The notes below the pieces were generated by a model. The model saw nothing but the letters and a program-made list of their open reading frames with translations. It was not told the origin of the DNA and searched no databases. The position numbers and the translations under genes were made by a program. A stretch of 64,000 bases of DNA from an uncultured Gemmatimonadales bacterium. Lineage in GTDB: Bacteria; Gemmatimonadota; Gemmatimonadetes; Gemmatimonadales; Gemmatimonadaceae. Each line of letters begins with the position of its first letter. The first letter of the stretch is position 1. The stretch covers positions 128,001-192,000 of the forward strand of contig CAWKNZ010000001.1 in assembly GCA_963851265.1 (NCBI GenBank), in the 5' to 3' direction. Below are positions 45,411 to 57,063 of the stretch, piece by piece.

Positions 45411-45887
45411 ATGCTGACCTTTCGGATGTTGGGAGGCGTCGCGCTCGCGGGCGATGACGGGGCCGAGGTCGACGCGCTCCTGCGCCAGACCAAGCACGTC
45501 GCGCTGCTCGCCTACCTCGCGCTGCCCCGGCCCGGCACGTGGCACCGGCGGGACACGTTGCTCGCCATCTTCTGGCCCGAGCTGGACGAGGCGCGCGCGC
45601 GCACCGCGCTGCGCAGCGCGCTCCACATCCTCCGCCGGCACGTCGGCCCGCATACCGTCCGGAACCGTGGTACCGGCGAGGTCGGGCTCGCCCCCGAGGC
45701 GCTCGCCACCGACGTCGGCCGGCTGCGCGACGCCGCAGCCGATCGTCGCCACGCCGACGCGCTGGCGTGCTACCGCGGCGAGTTGCTCCCGGCGCTGCAC
45801 GTCGACGACGCGGACGGGTTCCAGCGGTGGCTCGAGGCGGAGCGGGTGGGGCTGGTCACGCAACCCCCGACACCGAGGAAATCGTGA
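45411..45887 (+). pseudogene. Truncated SARP/BTAD-type transcriptional activator (N-terminal part only, 158 aa)
   Basis: FRMLGG...ALLAYLA...RRDTLLAIFWPE...ARTALRSALH.LR...YRGELLP...F.RWLEAER, then early stop. Confidence 0.7.
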
Positions 45888-46696
45888 AGCAGACGACGAG
45901 CGCGACGGGCGCGAGAACCGCGTCGGTCAACGGCGACCTGTGGGGCGCGCGGGCCCGTGACTGGGCCGACGTGCAGGAGGGGCAGGCGCGGGTGCTCTAC
46001 GACGCCGTCCTCGAAGCGCTCGCGGTCCGTCGCGGGACGCAGCTCCTGGATGCGGGGTGCGGCGCCGGGATGGTCGCGATGCTCGCCGCGGCGCGCGGGG
46101 CGACCGTCACGGGCGTCGACGCGTCGGACGCGCTGCTCGCGATCGCCCGCGAGCGCGTCCCGGACGCCGAGTTTCGCCGGGGCGACCTGGAATTGCTGCC
46201 CGTTTCCGACGCGCAGTTCGACGCCGTGACCGGCTTCAACGCGTTTCAGTATGCCGGGTCGCCCGTCGCGGCGCTTCGCGAGGCGCGTCGCGTCGCGCGC
46301 CCCGGGGCGCCGGTGGTGATTGCCACCTGGGGTCGGCCGGACGGGATGCCCGCCGCGTCGCTCGTCACCGCGCTGCGCCCGTTGTTGCCGCCCCCGCCCC
46401 CCGGCGCGCCGGGCCCGTTCGCGCTCTCCGACGAGGCGGCGCTCCGCGCGCTCGCGAGCGAGGCCGGGCTCGTGCCCGAGCGCGTGGCCGATGTCGAGGC
46501 GACGTGGACGTACCCCGACCTCGCCACGGCCGTGCGCGGGCTCAACGCGTCGGGCGTCGCGCAGCGTGCCATCCGGTACGCGGGCGAGGACGCGGTGACG
46601 CGCGCCCACGCCGACGCGCTCGCGCCGTTCGGCACGCGCGACGGCGGGTTCGCCGTGGGCGCGACGTTCCGCTACCTCGTCGCGCGCGCGGCGTGA
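45884..46696 (+). CDS. Class I SAM-dependent methyltransferase
   Basis: LLDAGCGAG, GVDAS, GDLE.LP..D..FDAV; GAGG RBS; GTGA overlap. Confidence 0.92.
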   Translation: MKQTTSATGARTASVNGDLWGARARDWADVQEGQARVLYDAVLEALAVRRGTQLLDAGCGAGMVAMLAAARGATVTGVDASDALLAIARERVPDAEFRRGDLELLPVSDAQFDAVTGFNAFQYAGSPVAALREARRVARPGAPVVIATWGRPDGMPAASLVTALRPLLPPPPPGAPGPFALSDEAALRALASEAGLVPERVADVEATWTYPDLATAVRGLNASGVAQRAIRYAGEDAVTRAHADALAPFGTRDGGFAVGATFRYLVARAA

Positions 46697-46936
46697 CGCC
46701 GGAGGCGCGCTGTTAGGCTCTCCACTCGATGCCGCCGCCGGGCCGGTGCCCGGGCGCTGACACGCCGGGCACGCGGTCCGCGCCGAGATGGGCGGCCGGG
46801 ACGCGGGCTCGCGTCGTGAACGCCTCAACCGCGACGATCGGAACCCGGACGTCGCGGGGTCGCCGCCGCCCCCGGATCCGCGCGAAAGCGCCTCGCCGAC
46901 GCGCGTCGCCGGGAGCGCGGCGTCAGCGGCGCCGGG

Positions 46937-48859
46937 TCACGCGGTGAACCACGACGCCCACCCGGAGCTCCCGTCCCACGACGTCGCGTAGACCAGCCCG
47001 TCCGAGCCGACCGTGAACAGGTCCAGGTGCGCCGTGAGGCGCGAGATCGCCGCGACCGTTCCGCCGGGCTCTCCCACGCCGCCCGCCACCCAGAACCACC
47101 CGGCCCAGCCCGTGGCCGCGTCCCACCACGTGCTGTAGACGCGGTTGTCGGTGCCGATCGTGAACACGTCGAGGTGGTTGGTGAAGCGCGACACCGCCGT
47201 GACCTGCGCGCCCGGCGACGCCACGCCGCCCGAGACCTGGAACCACCCCGCCGCCCACCCGGTGTGTACGTCCCACCAGGTCGACATCGTGGCGCCGTTC
47301 GCGGCCGTCGTGAACAGGTCGAGGTGGTCCACGAAGCGCACGACCGCGTTCACCACCGAGTCGGGGCGGCACACGACGCCGTTGAGCGGGAACCACGCGT
47401 GCCAGCCGCTCGCCGCGTCCCACCAGCAGCTGTAGACGCGCTCGTCCGTGCCCACCGTGAACAGGTCGAGGTGGGTGGGGAAGCGTGCGACGGCGGTCAC
47501 GGTGGCGCCGGGCGCGGCCACGCCGCCCATCACCTGGAACCAGCCGGCCCAGCCCGTGCTCGCGTCCCACCACGTCGACACGGTGGCGCCGTCGGCCGCC
47601 GTCGTGAACAGGTCGAGGTGGTTGATGTTGCGCGAGACGACGTTCACCGTCGACCCGGGGCGGCACGCCATCGTGCCGAGCGGGAACCACGGGTGCCACC
47701 CGCTCGACGCGTCCCACCAGCAGCTGTAGACGCGGTTGTCGGTGCCGACGGTGAACAGGTCGAGGTGGTTGGCGAAGCGCGACACGGAGGTGACCGGCGA
47801 GCCCGCGCCGCCGGGCGACGCGACGCCGCCCTCGACCTGGAACCAGTTGGCCCACCCGAAGCTCGCGTCCCACCAGTCCGACATCGTGCGCCCGTCGTTG
47901 GCGACGGCGAACACGTCGAGGTGCGTGGGCACGCGCGCGACCGCGCTCATCGGCGTGCGCGGTCGTGCGGCGAGCGTCGCGCGCGGCGGCCGGAGCACGC
48001 AGGCGTTGGCGCTGTTCGACCACTCGGTCTGGATCGTGAACCCGCCGAGGTTCGTCACCGACCCGTTGCAGATGTCGCCGATCTCGTTGCCGGTGGCGCT
48101 GTCCCACCACGCGTTGAGCGCGGGGTCGGTGATGGCCTCGCACAGCTCGTGGCTGCTCACCTTGGTGAGCGTGTTGAGGATCGTCCCGAACGAGCACCCG
48201 CCGCACGTCACGAACGGCTCGACGGCGTAGTAGACCGCGCCGGTCGGGGCGTTGAAGTGGCCGTGGTAGCCGCAGTACTGCACGCACGACGACTGGGTGC
48301 CCTGGGTCGAGACGACGCCCGGGGGCAGGTACACGAAGTAGAGCGTGTTGGGCGTGACCGCCGGCACGGTCCCGGCCGCGATCCACCCCGCGAGGGCCGC
48401 CTGAATCTGCCCGTCGCTCACCGTGCCGCTCCCGCCGCCGGGCTCCGACGTGGTGATCGTGCGCGAGCCGATGTGGGTGCCGTGGCCGATCGGCGCGCCG
48501 GGGAGGCTGTACTCGGCGAGCTGGTCGATGAGCGAGCTGGTGAGGATGAAGTTGAAGAAGGCGTCCACCTGACCGCGCAGCGGCGCCTGCGCCGGCTGCG
48601 TCCACGCCGCGCCCCAGTAGACGGTGACGACCTGCACCGCCGACAGCACCGGGCCGCCGTGGTACGTGAGGTGGGGCGGCGGCGCGGCCGGCGCCGGGGC
48701 GCCGGCGGCCGGAGTGCCTAACGTTAGGCCCTTGTCGTCCGCCGGCGGCGTGTGCAGCGGGACGATGTTGCGCGGCCCCACCGGCTGCGCGCCCGCGAGT
48801 TGGGGCGTGTACGAGGCGAGGGGCGCGCCCTCTCGCGTGCTGCCGTGTTCGGGTGTCAT
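46937..48859 (-). CDS. Phi-1/EXORDIUM-like domain fused to 7 fucose-lectin-type (PLL/AAL-like) propeller repeats
   Basis: LTYHGGPVL...YWG...YCGYH...HELCEAITDP..NAWWD...EIGDIC; seven ~48-aa repeats HLD(L/V)F....D.....WWD...GW..WF. Confidence 0.8.
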   Translation of the reverse strand: MTPEHGSTREGAPLASYTPQLAGAQPVGPRNIVPLHTPPADDKGLTLGTPAAGAPAPAAPPPHLTYHGGPVLSAVQVVTVYWGAAWTQPAQAPLRGQVDAFFNFILTSSLIDQLAEYSLPGAPIGHGTHIGSRTITTSEPGGGSGTVSDGQIQAALAGWIAAGTVPAVTPNTLYFVYLPPGVVSTQGTQSSCVQYCGYHGHFNAPTGAVYYAVEPFVTCGGCSFGTILNTLTKVSSHELCEAITDPALNAWWDSATGNEIGDICNGSVTNLGGFTIQTEWSNSANACVLRPPRATLAARPRTPMSAVARVPTHLDVFAVANDGRTMSDWWDASFGWANWFQVEGGVASPGGAGSPVTSVSRFANHLDLFTVGTDNRVYSCWWDASSGWHPWFPLGTMACRPGSTVNVVSRNINHLDLFTTAADGATVSTWWDASTGWAGWFQVMGGVAAPGATVTAVARFPTHLDLFTVGTDERVYSCWWDAASGWHAWFPLNGVVCRPDSVVNAVVRFVDHLDLFTTAANGATMSTWWDVHTGWAAGWFQVSGGVASPGAQVTAVSRFTNHLDVFTIGTDNRVYSTWWDAATGWAGWFWVAGGVGEPGGTVAAISRLTAHLDLFTVGSDGLVYATSWDGSSGWASWFTA

Positions 48860-49121
48860 GAGGCCCTCCGGGGCGCTCGCCCGGACCATTCCGGGCGCGC
48901 CCTCAATCGTTTCACGACGGCAATAAGTCAAGCGCGCCGGGAGGGCGACGCGCGACGTGCGGCTTCCGGGGCGTAGCACCCTCGCTGCCCGCCCGCCGCT
49001 GCGGCGTGGCGCGCGTGTCAGGGCCCGCCGGGCGCCTGGACGGCGCCGCGCCGCCGTCGTGCCGACCACGCCCGGGCGGACGCTTGCGCGCAGGCCCGGC
49101 CGTCGCCACATTGGCCGGACC

Positions 49122-49223
49122 ATGCGCCGCCCGACCGCCGCCCAGTATTACTTTAGCAGCTATCGCTACTTCGGCTTCCCGCCGGGGACAGCGGTGCTGT
49201 GCGCGCGCTTGAGCAGGCAGTAG
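49122..49223 (+). CDS. Tyr/Phe-rich attenuator leader peptide (33 aa)
   Basis: MRRPTAAQYYFSSYRYFGFPPGTAVLCARLSRQ: 4 Tyr + 3 Phe within 11 codons, directly upstream of the Phe/Tyr operon. Confidence 0.85.
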   Translation: MRRPTAAQYYFSSYRYFGFPPGTAVLCARLSRQ

Positions 49224-49250
49224 CTCCAAAGCGACCTCGCGATACACGCC

Positions 49251-49282
49251 AGCGGCCCCCGAATCTCGGGGGCCGCTTTTTT
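49251..49282 (+). terminator. Intrinsic terminator (attenuator)
   Basis: agcggcccccga-atc-tcgggggccgct followed by a T-run, about 22 nt before the aroF ATG. Confidence 0.92.
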
Positions 49283-49304
49283 GTTGTCCCCTGCCGCTAC
49301 CACC

Positions 49305-50284
<980 letters not shown>

Positions 50285-50288
<4 letters not shown>

Positions 50289-51235
50289 GCACCGCCGCGA
50301 CCGGGGGCGCGCCGGCGGTCGCGCTCCGCCCGCCTACCGCGGCAGCCGCTCCGCGTGTGGCGTTCCAGGGCGAACACGGTGCGTACAGCGAGGAGGCCGT
50401 CGCGGCGTGGTGGGGCGGCGCGGCGGTCGCCGTGCCGGCGCGCGAGTGCGCCGACGTCGCGCGCCTGGTCGAGTCGGGCGCGGTCGACCACGGAATGCTC
50501 GCCATCGAGAACACGCTCGCCGGTAGCGTGCTCGCCGCCTACGACGCACTCGCGACGGCCGCGGGCGTGACGGTCGTGGGCGAGGTGGTGTTGCCCATCC
50601 ACCACTGCGTGCTCGCCCCGCCGGGGGCCGACCTCGCGTCGCTCTCCACGGTGGAAAGTCACCCGGTGGCTCTCGCGCAGTGCGGGCGCTTTCTCGCCGA
50701 CCACCCGCACGTCGACGCCCGCGCCGCCTACGACACCGCCGGCGCGGCGCGGGCGGTGGCCGCGCGCGGCGACCCCCGCTGCGCGGCAATCGCCGGTCAC
50801 GGGGCGGCCGAGCGGTTCGGCCTCGCGGTGCTCGCGGCCAACGTCGAGGACCGGCCCGACAACCAGACGCGCTTTCTCGTGCTCGCCCCTGCATCTGCCG
50901 GGCGGATCGTGAACGTGGCAGCGGCGCTGCCCGAGGGCGCGCCCGCGCGCACCGCGCTCATCGCCGTCACCGACAACGTGCCGGGCGCACTCCTGCGCCT
51001 CCTCGCCCCGCTCGCGGCGGCCGCGCTCAACGTGAGCAAGATCGAGTCGCGCCCCACCGGCGTGCCGTGGGCCTACCGCTTCTTCCTCGAATTCGAGCAC
51101 GCGGCCGCCGATCCGCGCGTGGACGACGCGCTCGCCGCCGTGCGCGGCGCGTCGCGCGAACTCCGCACGCTCGGCACCTTCGCGCGCGCCCACCCGGCCG
51201 ATGCCTCGCCAACCACCCGGGGGCACGATGGCTGA
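50285..51235 (+). CDS. pheA: Prephenate dehydratase with ACT domain
   Basis: [38 protein letters not shown]. Confidence 0.95.
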
Positions 51236-52199
51236 ACGCGCCGTGGGAATCGTGGGCCTCGGGTTGATCGGGGGCTCGCTGGCCCGGGCGCTCCTCGCGC
51301 GCGGCGTGCGCGTACTGGGGACCGCGCACGACGCCGAGGACCGTCGGCTCGCGGCGCGGTGCGGGGTGGAGGTCACGGGCGGCGTGGCCGAACTCGCGGC
51401 CGCGATGCCCGCCGCCGGTGCGCCGGCCAGCCATCCCACGAGACCACCGGCGCCCAGCGTGGTGGTGCTCGCCGTCCCGCTCCCGGCGCTCGGGGCGGCG
51501 GCGGGCGCGCTGCTCGGTTCGCTCGCGCCCGACGCGGTCGTGCTGCACGCCGCCGGTCTGCAGCGGCCGGCGGCCACCGGGCTCGACGCCGTCGCGAGGG
51601 CGCGCGTGATTGGGACGCACCCACTGGCGGGGTCGCACGAGGCCGGGTTCGCGGCGTCGCGCGCGGATCTGTTCGCGGGGGCGGCGGTGTGGGCGGAGGA
51701 GCGCGCGGGCGACGCGGCGCGCGCCTGCCTCGAATGGCTGTGGGCGTGCGTGGGCGCGCGCGCCGTCGAGTACCGGAGCGCCGAATCGCACGACGCGGCG
51801 ATGGCCTGGGTCAGCCACCTGCCGCAACTCGCGTCGACCGCGCTCGCGGCGGCGCTCGACACCGCCGGCATGCCGGCCACGCTCGGCGGACCCGGCCTGC
51901 GCGACGCGACCCGCCTCGCCGCGAGCCCGTTCCCCCTCTGGCAGGACGTGCTGCGCGCGGCTCCCCCCGAGACCGACGCGGCGCTCGCTCGGCTGGCCGA
52001 CACGATCGCGCAGCTCCGCGCCGCGCTCGCCCGCGGCGACGGCGACGCGCTGGCCGCGCTGTGGGAGCGGGCCGGCAACTGGCGAACCGGGCGCACACCG
52101 GTGCCCCACGACCGGGCCAACGACGACGGTCCGGACCACCCTGATTCGGAGGAGACCGCGATGCACGAGGCGGGAATGGAGGGTGCCGCGCGATGGTGA
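51228..52199 (+). CDS. tyrA: Prephenate/arogenate dehydrogenase
   Basis: IVGLGLIGGSLA, HPLAGS, HD..MAWVSHLP, GPGLRDATRLAAS. Confidence 0.92.
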   Translation: MAERAVGIVGLGLIGGSLARALLARGVRVLGTAHDAEDRRLAARCGVEVTGGVAELAAAMPAAGAPASHPTRPPAPSVVVLAVPLPALGAAAGALLGSLAPDAVVLHAAGLQRPAATGLDAVARARVIGTHPLAGSHEAGFAASRADLFAGAAVWAEERAGDAARACLEWLWACVGARAVEYRSAESHDAAMAWVSHLPQLASTALAAALDTAGMPATLGGPGLRDATRLAASPFPLWQDVLRAAPPETDAALARLADTIAQLRAALARGDGDALAALWERAGNWRTGRTPVPHDRANDDGPDHPDSEETAMHEAGMEGAARW

Positions 52200-52591
52200 A
52201 CGCGACGGGTCTGGCGGTACGCGCGATTCGCGGCGCGACCGCCGTCGACGTCGACGAGCCCGAGGCGGTGAAGGCCGCGACGCGCGAACTCCTCGCGTGC
52301 ATCGTCGAACGCAACGGCGTGGGTCCGGACGACCTGATCAGCGCCGTGTTCACGGTCACCGGCGACCTCACGAGCACCTTCCCCGCACACGCCGCGCGCG
52401 AGATGGGGTGGACCGACGTGCCGCTGCTCTGCGCGCTCGAGATCCCGGTGCCCGGCGCGCTCGCGCGCTGCGTGCGCGTCCTGCTCCACGTCATGAGCGA
52501 CCGGCCGCGCGCGGCCGTTCAGCACGTCTACCTCCGCGGCGCGGTCGTGCTCCGCCCCGACCTCACCGCCGTGGCCGCGCATGACGCCTGA
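52193..52591 (+). CDS. aroH: Chorismate mutase, AroH class
   Basis: VRAIRGAT, FPAHAAR, EIPVPGAL.RCVR, HVYLRGA..LRPD. Confidence 0.95.
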   Translation: MVNATGLAVRAIRGATAVDVDEPEAVKAATRELLACIVERNGVGPDDLISAVFTVTGDLTSTFPAHAAREMGWTDVPLLCALEIPVPGALARCVRVLLHVMSDRPRAAVQHVYLRGAVVLRPDLTAVAAHDA

Positions 52592-53924
52592 CCTCGCCTG
52601 GGCACCGTCATCGCGCGTGCCACCCGTCGTGCCGCCCGTGGCATCATCCGTCCCGCCGATTCTCGCCGAGGGGCAGGACGCCGGCGCGCGCTGCGCCGAT
52701 CGGGCCCGCCAGCTCGGCGTCGCCGGGGCATCGGGCGCAACCGACGTGCTGGCTGCGGCCCGCGCGCTCGAAGCGGCGGGTCGGCGCATCGTGCACCTCG
52801 AGGTGGGCGAGCCCGACGCCCCGACGCCGCCGCACATCGTCGAGGCCGGGATGCGTGCCCTGCGCGACGGGCACACGCGTTACGGGCCGCCGGCCGGCAT
52901 CCCCGAGCTGCGCGCGGCGGCGGCCGACGCGCTCCGCGCGCGCGGCGCGCCGGCCGACGCCGCGCGCGTGGTGGTCGCGCCGGGCGCGCGCGCCGTGCTG
53001 TTCACGACGCTGCTGGCCGCGGTCCGCCCCGGCGACGAGGTGCTCGTCCCCGACCCGGGCTACGGCACCTACGGCGCGGTGGCCGAGTTCGCCGGCGGGC
53101 GCGCCGTGCGCTACGCGCTCGACGCGGCGCGCGGGTTCGCGATCGACGTCGCCGCGATCGCGGCGCGCGTCACGCCACGCACGCGCGTCCTCGTCGTCAA
53201 CGCGCCCCACAACCCGACGGGCGCGGTGGCCGACGCGGCCGCCTGGGAGGCGGTCGCCGAACTCGCCTGCCGGCACGACCTGCTCGTCGTCTCGGACGAG
53301 ATCTACTCCCGGCACGTCTACACCGACGCGCGGGACCCCATCGCGCCGGACGGCATCGGGAGCGACGCGTCGGGCGCCGTCGGTCACCCGAGCATCGCCG
53401 CCGCGCCGGAGATGGCCGGGCGCACGGTCGTGGTGGACGGCTTTTCCAAGGCGTACGCAATGACGGGGTGGCGGCTCGGCTACGGCCTCCTGCCGGCGGG
53501 GCTCGTCGCGCCGGTCACCGCCCTCCTCACGCAGAGCGCGTCGTGCACGGCGACGTTCGTGCAGCACGCGGGGGTCGCGGCGCTCACGGGGCCGCAGGAC
53601 GCGGTGGCCGCGCAGACGGCGGAGTTTCGGCGGCGGCGCGACTGGTTGGTCGACGCGTTGAACCGGATCGACGGCGTGGCGTGCGCGACGCCCGGCGGCG
53701 CGTTCTACGTGTTTCCCCGCGTCGAGGCCGCACTCGCGGGTACGGGGCAGACGGAGGGTACGCTCGCGCGGCGCCTGCTCGACGCGCACGGCGTGGCGTG
53801 CGTACCGGGGACGGCGTTCGGGCCGGCCGGGACGGGGCATCTGCGCTTCGCGTACACGGCACCGTTCGGCGATCTCGAGATCGCGGTCGAGGCACTGCGG
53901 GCGTCTGTAAGCCAGGGTTCGTAG
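52581..53924 (+). CDS. Class I/II PLP aminotransferase (aspartate/prephenate/aromatic type)
   Basis: GEPD, NAPHNPTG, SDEIY, GFSKAYAMTGWRLG, GAFYVFP. Confidence 0.93.
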   Translation: MTPDLAWAPSSRVPPVVPPVASSVPPILAEGQDAGARCADRARQLGVAGASGATDVLAAARALEAAGRRIVHLEVGEPDAPTPPHIVEAGMRALRDGHTRYGPPAGIPELRAAAADALRARGAPADAARVVVAPGARAVLFTTLLAAVRPGDEVLVPDPGYGTYGAVAEFAGGRAVRYALDAARGFAIDVAAIAARVTPRTRVLVVNAPHNPTGAVADAAAWEAVAELACRHDLLVVSDEIYSRHVYTDARDPIAPDGIGSDASGAVGHPSIAAAPEMAGRTVVVDGFSKAYAMTGWRLGYGLLPAGLVAPVTALLTQSASCTATFVQHAGVAALTGPQDAVAAQTAEFRRRRDWLVDALNRIDGVACATPGGAFYVFPRVEAALAGTGQTEGTLARRLLDAHGVACVPGTAFGPAGTGHLRFAYTAPFGDLEIAVEALRASVSQGS

Positions 53925-53986
53925 GGCCGGTTGCCTCCACCGCCCCTGGCGGGTATCGTGGCGCACCCCGACCTGCGAGGTGTACC

Positions 53987-55111
53987 CTGCCGTCGTTCGT
54001 CCACCCCCGCCGCCTCGGCGCCACGCTCCTCGTCGGCGCCGCCCTGACCCGCGCGAGCGCGCCGAGCGGATGGCGCGTCGACGCGCGGCCCGCGGCGCCG
54101 ACCGTCTCCCCCGCCCTGCTCGTCCTCTCGAAGACCGACCACGTGCTCAGCGTCGTCGACCCCGCGACGCTCCGGGTCGTCGGGCAGGTGCCGTCGGGCC
54201 CCGATCCCCACGAGGTCATCGCGTCGGCCGACGGCCGCATGGCGTACATCTCCAACTACGGAGGCGGCGCGTACCACACGCTCACCCCCGTCGATCTCTC
54301 GGGGCCGCGCGCGCTTCCGGTGATCGAACTCGGCGCGCTCCGCGGCCCGCACGGCCTCGCGGTCGCGGGTGGCAAGGTCTGGTTCACCGCCGAAGCCGCC
54401 AGGGTCGTCGGCCGGTACGATCCCGCGACGGCGCAGGTCGACTGGGTACTCGGCACCGGACAGGACCGCACGCACATGGTCGACGTGTCGCCCGATGGTA
54501 AGCGGGTGATCACGACCAACGTGAGCGCGGGCACCGTGAGCATCCTCGAAGAGCGCGCCGCCCGAGGCCCGGGCGGTCCACCGCCCGGCGCCCCGCCCGG
54601 CGCCCCGCCCGGTCCACCGCCCGGCGCCCCGCCGGGGCCGCCGCCCGGCGCGCCGCGTACCGACTGGACGTCGACGGTGGTGTCCGTGGGCCGGGGCGCG
54701 GAGGGGTTCGACGTCACGCCCGACGGGAAGGAGGCGTGGGTCGCGAACGCGGGCGACGGCACCATCTCGGTCGTCGACCTCGCGGCGCGGCGGGTCGTGC
54801 AGACGATCGACGCCGGCGTGCGGGGCGCCAACCGGCTGAAGTTCACTCCCGACGGCGCGCTCGCCTTCGTTTCGACGTTAGGCGGCCCCGACGTGACGGT
54901 GCTGCGCGTCGCGACGCGGGCCGTCGTGAAGCGCGTGCCGGTGGGGCACGGGGCGGCCGGGCTGCAGGTCCAGCCCGACGGCGCCCGCGTGTACGTGGCG
55001 TGCACGCCCGACGATTACGTCGCGGTGGTCGACGTGCGGTCGCTCGCGGTGGTCGGGCGGATCGCGGCGGGGCGGGAGCCCGACGGGCTGGCGTGGGCAG
55101 TGCGGCCGTAG
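53987..55111 (+). CDS. YVTN/YncE-type beta-propeller protein with Pro-Gly insert; start uncertain
   Basis: Repeats DPHEV..S.DG..AY.SN, PDGK.A.VAN, PDG..VYV; no clean in-frame ATG/GTG near the signal peptide. Confidence 0.8.
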   Translation: MPSFVHPRRLGATLLVGAALTRASAPSGWRVDARPAAPTVSPALLVLSKTDHVLSVVDPATLRVVGQVPSGPDPHEVIASADGRMAYISNYGGGAYHTLTPVDLSGPRALPVIELGALRGPHGLAVAGGKVWFTAEAARVVGRYDPATAQVDWVLGTGQDRTHMVDVSPDGKRVITTNVSAGTVSILEERAARGPGGPPPGAPPGAPPGPPPGAPPGPPPGAPRTDWTSTVVSVGRGAEGFDVTPDGKEAWVANAGDGTISVVDLAARRVVQTIDAGVRGANRLKFTPDGALAFVSTLGGPDVTVLRVATRAVVKRVPVGHGAAGLQVQPDGARVYVACTPDDYVAVVDVRSLAVVGRIAAGREPDGLAWAVRP

Positions 55112-55200
55112 CGGCGGTGAGGCCGTAGCGGCGGTGGGCCGGTCACGGGCCGCCGCGCCGAACCGATCCGCGACCCACCGCTCTACCCATCCCGCTCGGA

Positions 55201-57054
<1,854 letters not shown>

Positions 57055-57063
57055 TTACGCCCC

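Noticed and set aside
46940..47950. Regularly spaced DNA repeats resembling a CRISPR array
   Set aside because: Period of about 147 nt, in-frame and degenerate at third positions; these encode propeller blades, and no cas genes are present
54575..54655. CCGCCCGGCGCC-type tandem repeat
   Set aside because: Encodes an in-frame PPGA linker; ordinary low-complexity loop
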